Shown here in pieces: positions 13,501-24,330 of a DNA stretch of 64,000 nucleotides. The first letter of the stretch is position 1. Each line of letters opens with the position of its first letter. The notes under the pieces are model-generated. The model did not search any database. It saw nothing but the letters and a program-made list of their open reading frames with translations, and had not been told where the DNA came from. The stretch is from Antedon mediterranea (taxonomy: Eukaryota > Animalia > Echinodermata). The DNA lies in NCBI RefSeq assembly GCF_964355755.1, contig NC_092674.1, forward strand, positions 17,608,001 to 17,672,000, read 5' to 3'. The translations under genes were made by a program, and so were the position numbers.

Positions 13501-16500
13501 GTCTTAACGTGGAGCCAGCAAGCTTCAATTGTAAATGGCTAACAGCACTAAACAATTATTTTTAAAAAAATGAAAAGAAGAGTACAATACACAAAAATCG
13601 AATATTAAAATATGTAATATCTTCATTATAGTAATTAGGATCGAGTGATTCATGGTAACTTCACATGGTTTAAAATTCAATTCAAATTCAACTTAACATT
13701 TATTTCTTCCTTCAAGAAAATGAAGGTAGCAGGCAATAATACATTATACTCACAATCTATAGCTGACATTTAAGAAAACTTTTTATTTTAATGCTAAATG
13801 AAATTTAAATTGTTTGGCTTCTTCCTTTTTCTATTAATATAATTGTAATAAAAAAATGTTACGTCTTTAATATCTTTGGAGAATATCCCTTCTCCCCTGC
13901 TTCACTCCAAATTCCCTCTATCCCCTTTATGACCTGTGCTGCATGCTTTGCCGGTATTTTTAAAGTTTCTAACATGTAGGCCTTGAACCGGCTCATTGCT
14001 GTAGATGGCTCTATAGAAGTTAAAAAGACTTTAATGACATTAAAAATAAGTCCATTCTTGGAAAACAAAGTTCAGGATCCGAAAGTTGACCCATGACATA
14101 ATTATTATTATATTACAATTGTTATTACAGTAATTTTATTTATTAGTGTCTGGGATTGGTTATCTAAATTAATAGTAATTATTTGGGATAAAGAGAACTT
14201 TGTATTTGACCTAAATGTAGTAGTTAGTAGTAGAAATTAGGTAATTATAATTCTCCAGCATAGATAAAATGAATTGTTTTTGTCAATAAAAGGTACACAT
14301 TTATTTTTAAATTGAAACTATTAATTATCTATCAAAAAATGAAACTTTATAATAATTTTATAAATAAAAGGTTACCTGCAAATTTACAGACTTTTTGTTG
14401 TCTGAACTTAATATATTCAGGACTGCCAACCAAAAAAAAAATGTAAATGTATAACTTACCTATATAACTTTGATTTGCATCACAATTAAGCTAAGAAATT
14501 AGCATGGATTAAGACATACAGCGAAAATTAAAGTATTTAAAAACAATTACAAAGTAAATAAAAAATAAACATGCATGCAGTAATCTGGTGGATGATGTTA
14601 ATATGAAAGTGTATGCCACATCGGGAATTGAATCTGAGTGATTACCATAGATTAAATTAAAATAAAATAAACACACAAACACATTCTATAAACTACTAAA
14701 CAAAAAAACATGCATGCAGTTATCTGGTGGATGATGTTAATATGACAGTGTATGCCACATCAGGATTCAAACCCGAGACCTTCGACAAGAGTGCCGATGC
14801 TCTACCAGCTGAGCTATGATAGCATTCTATAAAAGAAATAGATTTTAGTGATTAGCATGGATTAACATATTCTATAAACTACTAAACAAAAAAACGTGCA
14901 TGCAGTTATCTGGTGGATGATGTTAATATGAAGGTGTATGGCACATCAGGATTTGAATCTGAAAAATTAGCATAGATTAAACTAAAATAAAACAAAACAC
15001 AAACACATTCTATAAACTACTAAACAAATAAACATGCATGCAGTTATCTGGTGGATGATGTTAATATGAAAGTGTATGCCACATCAGGATTTGAACCCGA
15101 GATCTTCGACAAGAGTGCCGATGCTCTACCAGCTGAGCTATGATAGCATTCTATAAAAGAAATAGATTTTAGTGATTAGCATAGATTAACACATTCTATA
15201 AACTACTAAACAAAAAAAACATGCATGCAGTTATCTGGTGGATGATGTTAATATGAAAGTGTATGCCACATCAGGATTTGAATCTGAGTGATTAGCATAG
15301 ATTAAATTAACAAAAATAAACACACAAACACATTCTATAAACTACTAAACAAATAAACATGCATGCAGTTATCTGGTGGATGATGTTAATATGAAAGTGT
15401 ATGCCACATCAGGATTTTAATCCGAGTGATTAGCATAGATTAAATTAAAGTAAAATAAACACACAAACACATTCTATAAACTACTAAACAAAAAAACATG
15501 CATGCAGTTATCTGGTAGATGATGTTAATATGAAAGTGTATGCCACATCAGGATTTAAATCTGAAAAATTAGCATAGATTAAATTAAAATAAAACAAACA
15601 CACAAACACATTCTATAAACTACTAAACAAATAAACATGCATGCAGTTATCTGGTGGATGATGTTAATATGAAAGTGTATGCCACATCAGGATTTGAACC
15701 CGAGACCTTCGACAAGAGTGCCGATGCTCTACCAGCTGAGCTATGATAGCATTCTATAAAAGAAATAGATTTTAGTGATTAGCATGGATTAACACATTCT
15801 ATAAACTACTAAACAAAAAAAACATGCATGCAGTTATCTGGTGGATGATGTGAGATATGAAAGTGTATGCCACATCCGAATTTGAATCTGAAAAATTAGT
15901 ATAGATTAAATTAAAAAAAACAAAAACTGAAACACATTCTATAAACTACTAAACAAATAAACATGCATGCAGTTATCTGGTGGATGATGTTAATATGAAA
16001 GTGTATGCCACATCAGGATTTGAATCTGAAAAATTAGCATAGATTAAATTTTTAAAAAACAAACACACAAACACATTCTATAAACTAGTAAACAAATAAA
16101 CATGCATGCAGTTATCTGGTGGATGATGTTAATATGAAAGTGTATGCCACATCAGGATTTGAATCTGAGTGATTAGCATAGATTAAATTAAAATAAAACA
16201 AACATACAAACACATTCTATAAACTACTAAACAAATAAACATTCATGCAGTTATCTGGTGGATGATGTTAATATGAAAGTGTATGCCACATCAGGATTTG
16301 AATCTGAGTGATTAGCATAGATTAAATTAAAATAAAACAAACACACAAACACATTCTATAAACTACTAAATAAATAAACATGCATGCAGTTATCTGGTGG
16401 ATGATGTTAATATGAAAGTGTATGCCACATCAGGATTTGAATCTGAAAAATTAGCATAGATTAAATATAAAAAAAACAAACATACAAACACATTCTATAA

Positions 16501-19500
16501 ACTACTAAACAAATAAACATGCATGCAGTTATCTGGTGGATGATGTTAATATGAAAGTGTATGCCACATCCGAATTTGAATGTGGTGGATTTAAGCATAG
16601 ATTAAAATAAAACAAACACACATTCTATTAAATACTAACAAAATAATAAATAATTTTAAAGTGTACTGCATGTACACCTCAAAATTTGGACCTGAGACAG
16701 AGTGGTGATACTCTACGAACTCTAAAAAATAGATTTTTGTAATTAACATACATATTTAAAAAAAAAATAAACAATAAACAAACAATTATAATAGTTGGAA
16801 ATACATTACTACTCTACACACTATTTCTTGGTCTGAAATAAAACAAAAAATTTAATTTAACATTTGATTGAACATATATCTGCTAAAGTTGAAAGAATTT
16901 TAACTTACAGGGAATTTATGCTTCCTTTGCAGATGCATGTCATACCTTGCCAGGTTTTTAGCCGAACATCCAGGCACACTGCAGGAATGTCTGGCCTTTT
17001 TTTTTCCCCCTTAAAGAAAACTTTAAATGATACACTCATGATAACTAGATAAAACATACAAAACTGTTTATCATTTTTCAATAATCCAATCACAGTATTC
17101 AATTCACCCAAAAATAGAAACCATTGAGAATGTTTGGTTTTCAATACATTACAAGTGCAGTTTTCGGTTTCCAGTATTGGTAGAGTTAACTAGTAAAATA
17201 TTCTATAAAAAAGAAACTGCAAACAAAACTAAGATAAATAAAAATATGTAATTTATTATATTTAGCTGAAGAAACTCCATGTTATACTTAACAATATGTT
17301 ATTTATAATTTAGCTGGTAACCACATGAAAAAAATTGTTCATAATGAATGAAGTACTCACCTTTTTCTAGCATCAGCAACCATGTTTTTAATTATTTCTC
17401 TATTTATTATTTTGTGGGCCTTTTCCAGATGGCTGGCAAGGTACCTGCTTATGCGGCCACACAGAATGCATGTTAACAATTTTCTGTTCTGTAGGCAATA
17501 ATAAACCATGACTATTTTGAATGAATGCTTTAAGGTCTATTCATTATCAACAACCAATATCAAAATATAAAATTTTATATTATTTGTATTCAATAAAAAA
17601 AACTATTTTAATGAAGTTAAATAATTTAAGACTTCAGTAACCACAGATGTAAACTACAACTATCTACGGTAATTAGATTTTTGATGCTAATCTACAGGGA
17701 AAATTTAATCTAGCTAAATTGATAATAAAAAAAATGAGGAAACAAAGTTTAAGTTAATATTTTACTTCAAATTAAGTACAAAAGTATATTCAATATGCTA
17801 CTTTCCCTTACAGCTTTCTTCTTTTCTATGTCCTTCCTAATAAAAACAAAATACAACACATAGGTATTAAAGGAAAAGTACTGATAAAGTAATATAATAT
17901 TTCATGTTAACTGTATATAACTACCGTATTTTTATTTTTACATTATTTAATAACATAGCATTTAGGGCCTAAGTGATCCATTGGCTGTTTATTTTAATTA
18001 CAGTATTAGTCAAAAAATATTATATTTACTTTTTTCCCTTCTTTTGAAAATCACTATACCTAAACAAATTAAAAAAATATTGTTATGGTTATAGTAATAA
18101 CTAAAGTTAACACAAATAAGGATGCTCAATAGTATATGTTTTGCTACATAATAAGCTCAATCTAGAAAAATAATACTGGTAAATTTTAGAAAATGATAAA
18201 CTATGTTCATTCTAGAATGTCTAAATACAAAACAGTTCATAACTTACATCTCAACTACCTCCTCTTCTTTTTCCTCGTCTTCTTTCTCGCTTTCTTCTTC
18301 TTCTTCTTCCTCCTCCTCCTCCTCCATGTTTTCCTCTTCCTCCATTTCTTCTTCCTCGTCTTCTTTCTCATTTTCTTCCTCCTCCATGTTTTCCTCTTCC
18401 TTATTTTCTTTCTTCTCAAATTCTCCATCCTCACTTCTATTAATAGTTCACAAAGTACACACAAATATTGTAGGTGTATTAAAATAAAAGTCGAAAAAAA
18501 AAAACTATTTATAGACCTACTATGAAATAATATAGAAATTATATAAGCATGTATGTTTGCACAAATTAGAATAGATGTTTGGCTTTAGGTAAATAAACAA
18601 CAGTATATATCCTATTCTTCGTTAACAAAATAATTTCAAGTATTTATTTTTTAACAAAAATAAGTTTGAATTGTATGGTGTGAATAATAAAGTATAAATA
18701 ATTACGTCAAAATAAAACAAAATTGTAAATTTATGGCAAAAATGGTTTATCACAGATAACAAATCACCCGAGTTAACTAACTGGTTAATTATTGAACCGA
18801 TTAATATTAAAATTTGCAAGGTAGGCTCAAATTAAACCCTAGCCATCAGCGCAAGATCAGTAATCTGGATGTCGTGGTTCATACAAACACAACAGATTTA
18901 TTCTCAAATTGGATACTTACACTTTGTCAGACATGTAGTCTTCTTTGCTACTAATAATAAAATTAAACAAATATTGTTAGTTAATTTTTACTTTGAAAAA
19001 CAAATACAGGCTCTAATTATTAACCTCTTTTATTTCATTAAAGCAAATAATTAAAAAAATCATTTCAAACCCTTACTTTTTTATCATTATGAATAAAAAT
19101 GAATAAAGGTTTGTTTATAACATGTCATTTTTCAAGAAGGCTGTACCAACGAAGATACAATATTGGAATTAAAAATAAAATACTTACCATCTAAATTTGT
19201 CATGGATGTAAAAATGGAGTAATTTATCAATAAATTTCTAACTATACTTACCAGTCTTCATGATTAAAAAAAATCGCTTTCAGTTAATTCATCAGGTTGC
19301 TATAAAAAAATAATGTTATTATTATTGTATATTTGTTACAAATAATTAAACTAAAGTTATCCGTAACTATTATTACATAGTGCAGTATTATTATTACTTT
19401 TCTAAGGCTTAACCTTACTTTTATATACTGTACTTGAAAAAGTTGAATTCCATGACTAAGATAAGCTCTAGATAAATGGATTATTACATTTGTGATTCAG

Positions 19501-19777
19501 CCAAGGAGCATTATCAGTACGGGACATGTCAGCTCATTTAGGAGATTAGATTAGTAATGACGTACATTTTATAAAAAGTCTGCTTTAGCGATAACATTTT
19601 ATAAACTTAAAATACCAACAACTGACAACAACCATTTGGTCCAGCATAAAATCTGGATGTTTCAGTATACAAAGCGAGTTGAATCGCTCCACCAAACCTG
19701 GAATAAATCATCCTGGATTCAGGTAAATTTAGGTAAATGAATTGTTTACTTACGGGTGAATTACAAAAACGGTCCAT
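7473..19777 (-). CDS. Multi-exon gene (possibly a pseudogene): acidic region, 2x C2H2 zinc finger, YR-like core-binding region and Myb-like C-terminus; no catalytic YR domain found
   Basis: Hand-built exons with GT..AG flanks on the minus strand: 19777-19754 (ATG, MDRFCNSP), 19299-19252, 18950-18921, 18436-18248, 18059-18030, 17836-17812, 17488-17361, 17009-16909, 14490-14460, 14010-13863, 13547-13333, 13230-13159, 10162-10086, 9899-9873, 9687-9646, 9490-9452, 7909-7787, 7702-7616, 7541-7473 (TAG). Phases are compatible throughout except for one extra base in each of two homopolymer runs (19266-19273, 16997-17005). The two most upstream exons and 14490-14460 are the least certain. Confidence 0.72.
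7616..7909 (-). CDS. Two exons encoding a Myb/SANT-like helical C-terminal domain
   Basis: 7909-7787 SVSHPLSKHGPKSKFDNQDVMDAVFKLFGRQIEEGHVPKRT (123 nt) and 7702-7616 AREVYNKNPVLHYYEFQQLYDKMRRIHPK (87 nt). Both are phase 0 with canonical splice sites. The Myb-like call is by motif resemblance. Confidence 0.7.
8070..8860 (-). repeat. Intronic tRNA-derived tandem repeat, array 1 (degenerate)
   Basis: Units contain CATGCATGCAGTTATCTGGTGGATGATGTTAATATGAAAGTGTATGCCACATCAGGATTTGAA. tRNA-like copies at ~8240-8303 and ~8422-8484 carry a 7-nt deletion. Confidence 0.9.
10178..12620 (-). repeat. Intronic tRNA-derived tandem repeat, array 2 (~119-bp and ~170-bp units)
   Basis: Short units keep only the T-arm/B-box half. 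Long units carry the full tRNA-like sequence (10190-10260, 11070-11140, 12089-12159, 12417-12487). Confidence 0.93.
11070..11140 (-). tRNA. tRNA-like sequence or pseudo-tRNA (Lys-CTT-like), representative copy
   Basis: Minus strand GCTATCA-TAGCTCAGCTGGTAGAGCA-TCGGC-ACTCTT-GTCGA-AGGTC-TCGGGTTCAAATCCTGA-TGTGGCA has A box, B box, D arm and T arm. The anticodon loop is 6 nt and the acceptor stem is bulged, so it is probably not a functional tRNA. Confidence 0.65.
13159..14010 (-). CDS. Three exons encoding a tyrosine-recombinase-like core-binding (SAM-like) region
   Basis: Spliced in phase (1/2/1/1): EPSTAMSRFKAYMLETLKIPAKHAAQVIKGIEGIW..KILKT|AVSHLQLKLAGSTLRHYLCSFVKILDYI..LRKRISEEKAKKHEEIE|GDLVSADEQSHYLRKSEKTIKSIV. 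The STxxxYLxSxxxxxxY helix pattern is typical of integrase N-terminal domains. Confidence 0.65.
14495..16700 (-). repeat. Intronic tRNA-derived tandem repeat, array 3
   Basis: Same two unit types; full tRNA-like copies at 14753-14823, 15077-15147 and 15680-15750. Confidence 0.93.
16909..17488 (-). CDS. Two C2H2 zinc-finger exons
   Basis: 17488-17361 NRKLLTCILCGRISRYLASHLEKAHK.. with donor AG|GTGAGT. 17009-16909 ..HSCSVPGCSAKNLARYDMHLQRKHKFP with donor GTAAGT. Neither reading is in the ORF track. Confidence 0.8.
18248..18436 (-). CDS. Glu-rich acidic exon
   Basis: 189 nt, phase 2/2, AG..GTAAGT; reads SEDGEFEKKENKEEENMEEEENEKEDEEEEM..EEEVVEM. Confidence 0.75.
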
Positions 19778-19859
19778 TTTGAAATAATCTGTGGAACAAA
19801 TGATACATTTTTTGAAGAAAAAAAAAGCACTGAAGCCAGGGGTAGCATATACTTGCTAA

Positions 19860-20385
19860 CGAGAAGGGCCTACTGTGGTCCAACTTTTAATACCCTCTCC
19901 TTTATGCTAGGCCTAGGGGCCTACTCTAACCTAGCTAGTGTGGTATGATTGATAGGCCTAGCTAGAGACTAGGCCTATACATGACATAGGCCTACACCTA
20001 ACCTCCTATCTAGGCTACAGACAGATTCAGCCAACTAGGCTAGGCCTAAACTATTATTAACCTAGCCTAGGCCTAGCTAGGTAGACCAGGCTAGTAGGCC
20101 CTATAGCCTGGCCCAAGGAGGTAGGTTTAGTTCCTACCCTATCTAGGCCTATAATAATACTTTAATACGCAGGCCTAGGCCTAGCTAGGTAGGCTATGCC
20201 TAGCTAAGCTAGCTAGGACCTAGCCTAGCTAGGAGGGCTTATTAATTATTGTTAGGCCTCTAGCTAGCTAGCTAGGCCTAGCCTAGCTAGGCCTAGGCCT
20301 AGCCCTCTAGGGCCTAGGCTAGTAGGCCTAAGCCTAACTAGGGGCCTCTAGGCTAGGCCTAGCCTAGGCCTAGGTTAGGCCACAA
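19860..20385. repeat. CTAG/AGGCCT palindromic low-complexity tract in the predicted first intron
   Basis: Dense CTAGGCCTAG and CTAGCTAG motifs lie between the donor at 20532 and the ATG exon at 19788. Confidence 0.8.
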
Positions 20386-20532
20386 TCATTTTATGGTGGT
20401 ATTTTTTTATTTTGGCCATTTAAAACAAAAAATCTCTGTACTTTAGTACAGGGATTAAGGCACTTGGTTATGCAATAAAAATTTATGTTAGGATAATAAA
20501 ATGTAATAAAAGTACCTAGCTTATAGCCTTAC

Positions 20533-20790
20533 CTTTCTACAAACAGTCTGTTTTAACGATCAGATCAATACAGATGAATTTAAAAATTTAAAAAAACACC
20601 GCGTCCGGATGGGTTTATTTATAAAATTAGTGAAAGAGGCTGAATGCCAGTGATTACCTAACTGTTGAAAATTCTTCAATCGACGCGAGTGCATCTGAAA
20701 TCAGCATAATTGCACCCAAAAAACAGGTTGCATCGCGATATGCTGATCGGCCGCCGCTGATTAGCATTGAAAAGTTGCATTGTGCGCTCC
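20533..20790 (-). promoter_or_regulatory. Putative non-coding first exon and promoter of the minus-strand gene
   Basis: Strong donor AAAG|GTAAGG at 20532, a locally CpG-containing segment at 20600-20790, and the CTAG tract downstream. Inferred only. Confidence 0.4.
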
Positions 20791-22386
20791 CTCGCTGATC
20801 TATCTCTCTCTCGCTGATCTATCTCTCTTTCTCGCTGATCTATCTCTTTCTCGCTGATGTATCTCTCTCTCGCTGATCTATCTCTCTCTCGCTGATCTAT
20901 CTCTCTCTCGCTGATCTATCTCTATCTCGCTGATCTATCTCTCTCTCGCTGATCTATCTCTCTCTCGCTGATCTATCTCTCTCTCGCTGATCTATCTCTT
21001 TCGCTGATCTATCTCTCTCTCTCGCTGATCTATCTCTCTCTCGCTGATCTATCTCTCTCGCTGATCTATCTCTCTCTCGCTGATCTATCTCTCTCGCTGA
21101 TCTATCTCTCTCTCGCTGATCTATCTCTCTCGCTGATCTATCTCTCTCGCTGATCTATCTCTCTCTCGCTGATCTATCTCTCTCTCACTGATCTATCTCT
21201 CTCTCGCTGATCTATTTCTCTCGCTGATCTATTTCTCTCTCTCGCTGATCTATCTCTCTCTCGCTGATCTATCTCTCTCTCGCTGATCTATCTCTCTCTC
21301 GCTGATCTATCTCTCTCTCTGATCTATCTCTCTCGCTGATCTATCTCTCTCTCGCTGATCTATCTCTCTCTCGCTGATCTATCTCTCTCTCGCTGATCTA
21401 TCTCTCTTTCGCTGATCTATCTCTCTCTCGCTGATCTATCTCTCTCTCGCTTATCTATCTCTCTCTCGCTGATCTATCTCTCTCTCTCGCTGATCTATCT
21501 CTCTCTCGCTGATCAATCTCTCTCTCGCTGATCTATCTCTCTCGCTGATCTATCTCTCTCTCGCTGATCTATCTCTCTGTCGCTGATCTATCTCTCTTTC
21601 GCTGATCTATCTCTCTCTCGTTGATCTATCTCTCTCTCGCTGATCTATCTCTCTCTCGCTGATCTATCTCTCTCTCTCGCTGATCTATCTCTCTCTCTCG
21701 CTGATCTATCTCTCTCTCGCTGATCTATCTCTCTCTCGCTGATCTATCTCTCTCTCTCGCTGATCTATCTCTCTCTCTCGCAGATCTATCTCTCTCGCTG
21801 ATTTATCTCTCTCTCGCTGATCTATCTCTCTCTCGCTGATCTATCTCTCTCTCTCGCTGATCTATCTCTCTCTCGCTGATCTATCTCTCTCTCGCTGATC
21901 TATCTCTCTCGCTGATCTATCTCTCTCTCGCTGATCTATCTCTATCTCGCTGATCTATCTCTCTCTCGCTGATCTATCTCTCTCTCGCTGATCTATCTCT
22001 CTCTCGCTGATCTATCTCTCTCGCTGATCTATCTCTCTCTCTCGCTGATCTATCTCTCTCTCGCTGATCTATCTCTCTCTCGCTGATCTATCTCTCTCTC
22101 TCGCTGATCTATCTCTCTCGCTGATCTATCTCTCTCTCGCTGATCTATCTCTCTCGCTGATCTATCTCTCTCGCTGATCTATCTCTCTCTCGCTGATCTA
22201 TCTCTCTCTCACTGATCTATCTCTCTCTCGCTGATCTATTTCTCTCGCTGATCTATCTCTCTCGCTGATCTATCTCTCTCTCGCTGATCTATCTCTCTCT
22301 CGCTGATCTATCTCTCTCTCGCTGATCTATCTCTCTCTCGCTAATCTATCTCTCTCTCGCTGATCTATCTCTCTCTAGCTGATCTA
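20791..22386. repeat. 17-21 bp pyrimidine-rich minisatellite (CGCTGATCTA(TC)nT)
   Basis: Continuous repeats of CTCGCTGATCTATCTCTCT with a variable CT count. Confidence 0.98.
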
Positions 22387-22835
22387 CAGTATATTGTGTT
22401 AACATCATCTAATTGAGCCATAGTAACGAGTTATGTCTAAAAATAAAAGGGTCGAAATTTGGCCATTTTTCGAAAAATTTCCCTGCGGGGGACTATAGGA
22501 TTTTTTCCAAAAATTTTAAAATTTTCCACTTTTTAAAATTCAATAATTATGCTATAATATTGCCATTTATGCAAATATATTGTGCTAACATCATCTTATA
22601 GAGCCATAGTTACTAGTTATGTCAAAAAATAAAACGATCGAAATTTGGCCATTTTTGAAAATTTTCCTGCTGGGGACCATAGGAATTTTTTCGAAAAATG
22701 GCAAACCTTTCCACTTTTTAAAATTCGAAAATTATGCTGTAATATTGCCATTTACGCACATACATACCCTTTTTTTTTACATAACTAGTTACTATGCTTG
22801 TAAAAAGACTATGGCTCTATAAGATGATGTTAATA
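22387..22835. repeat. ~186-bp repeat family A (two forward units, then an inverted fragment)
   Basis: ATATTGTGTTAACATCATCTTATAGAGCCATAGTAACTAGTTATGTC.. at ~22391 and ~22577; reverse-complement fragment at ~22768-22835. Confidence 0.88.
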
Positions 22836-22839
22836 CTGT

Positions 22840-23790
22840 AGCTATTCTTAGCACTTTGGTGTTTTTTCGAAAATCACAAAATGGTCTAAAACGTCTCCAG
22901 ATGCGATTTGAAGCTATTCTGTACACTTTGATGTTTTGTGTGAAAAAATTTTGTTGAAATGCTCAAAATGGTCTAAAACGTTTTCAAATACCATATTAAG
23001 CTATTTTGTGCTCTTTGATGTTTTTGTGTGAAAAGTTTTATCGAAATGCTCAAAATGGTCTAAAACGGTTTCTAATGTCATTTTAAGCACTTTGATGTTT
23101 TTGTGTAACCAAGTTTCATCAAAATGCACAAAATGGTCTAAGACGTCTCCAAATGCGATTTGAAGCTATTCTAGGCACTTTGGTGTTTTTATGTTAACAA
23201 GTTTTTTCGAAAATCACAAAATAGTCTAAAACGTCTCCAAATGCGATTTGAAGATATTCTGTAAACTTTGATGTTTTGTGTGAAAAGTTTTATCGAAATA
23301 CTCAAAATGGTCTAAAACGGTTTCTAATGTGATTTTAAGCACTTTGATGTTTTTGTGTAACCAAGTTTTTTTCGAAAATCACAAAATAGTCTAAAATGTC
23401 TCCAAATGCGATTTCAAGCTATTCTGTAAACTTTGATGTTTTTTGTGAAAAAATTTTGTCGAAATGCTCAAAATGGTCTAAAACGTTTTCAAATACGATA
23501 TTATGCTATTTTGTGCACTTTGATGTTTTTGTGTGAAAAGTTTTATCGAAATGCTCAAAATGGTCTAAAACGGTTTCTAATGTGATTTTAAGCACTTTGA
23601 TGTTTTTGTGTAACCAAGTTTTATCGAAATGCACAAAATGGTCTAAAACGTCTCCAAATGCGAATTGAAATAATTATTAGCACTTTGGTGTTTTTATGTT
23701 AACAAGTTTTTTTCGAAAATCACAAAATGGTCTAAAACGTCTCCAAATGCGGTTTGAAGCTATTCTGTACACTTTGATGTTTTGTGTGAG
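22840..23790 (+). repeat. ~70-80 bp repeat family B array
   Basis: Repeated CAAAATGGTCTAAAACG(TCTCC/TTTTC/GTTTC)..CACTTTGATGTTTT. Confidence 0.9.
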
Positions 23791-24330
23791 AAATCGGGGT
23801 CGTTGTCTTTGCGTAAAATCGGTGTCGATTTCTGTACGTCAAAACGGGATCGATGTCTGTACATAAAATCGGAGTCGCTGTCTGTACGTAAAATCGAGGT
23901 CGATGTCTTTACGTAAGAACGGAGTCGATGTCTGTACGTAAAAACGGGGTCGATGTCGGTACGTTAAACGGAGTCGATGTATGTACGTAAAAACTAGGTC
24001 GATGTAAATACGGGGTCGATGTCTGTACGTGAAATCGGGGTCGACGTCTTGCGTAAAATCGGTGTCGATGTCTGTACGTCAAAACGGGGTCGATATATGT
24101 CCGTCAAAACTAGGTCGATGTAAAATCGGGGTCGCTGTCTGTACGTAAAATCGGGGTCGATGTCGGTACGTAAAACTAGGTCGATCTCTGTACGTAAAAA
24201 ACAAGGTCGATGTCTGTATGTAAAGACGGGGTCGATGTCTGTACGTCAAAACTAGGTCGATGTCTGTATGTAAAATCAGGGTCGATGTCTGTACGTAAAA
24301 CCGGTGTCGATGTCTGTAGGTCAAAACTAT
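23791..24330 (+). repeat. 21-bp satellite (GTCGATGTCTGTACGTAAAATCGGG-type)
   Basis: Direct tandem 21-mers. Confidence 0.95.

Noticed and set aside
10178-16700. CRISPR-like repeat/spacer appearance of the intronic arrays
   Set aside because: The spacers are not unique, the units are full tandem repeats, there are no cas genes, and the context is eukaryotic.
16905-17144. 79-aa ORF from the track
   Set aside because: Wrong frame; the C2H2 finger is in a different frame of the same strand.
18193-18525. Phe/Leu-rich, Ser-rich and Lys/Arg-rich ORFs
   Set aside because: They are alternative frames of the Glu-rich exon; only the Glu frame fits the splice phases of the neighbouring exons.
19616-19697. 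Exon-like segment with AG/GT flanks
   Set aside because: It gives a stop in the phase required after the ATG exon, so it was left out of the model. It could still be an alternative or UTR exon.
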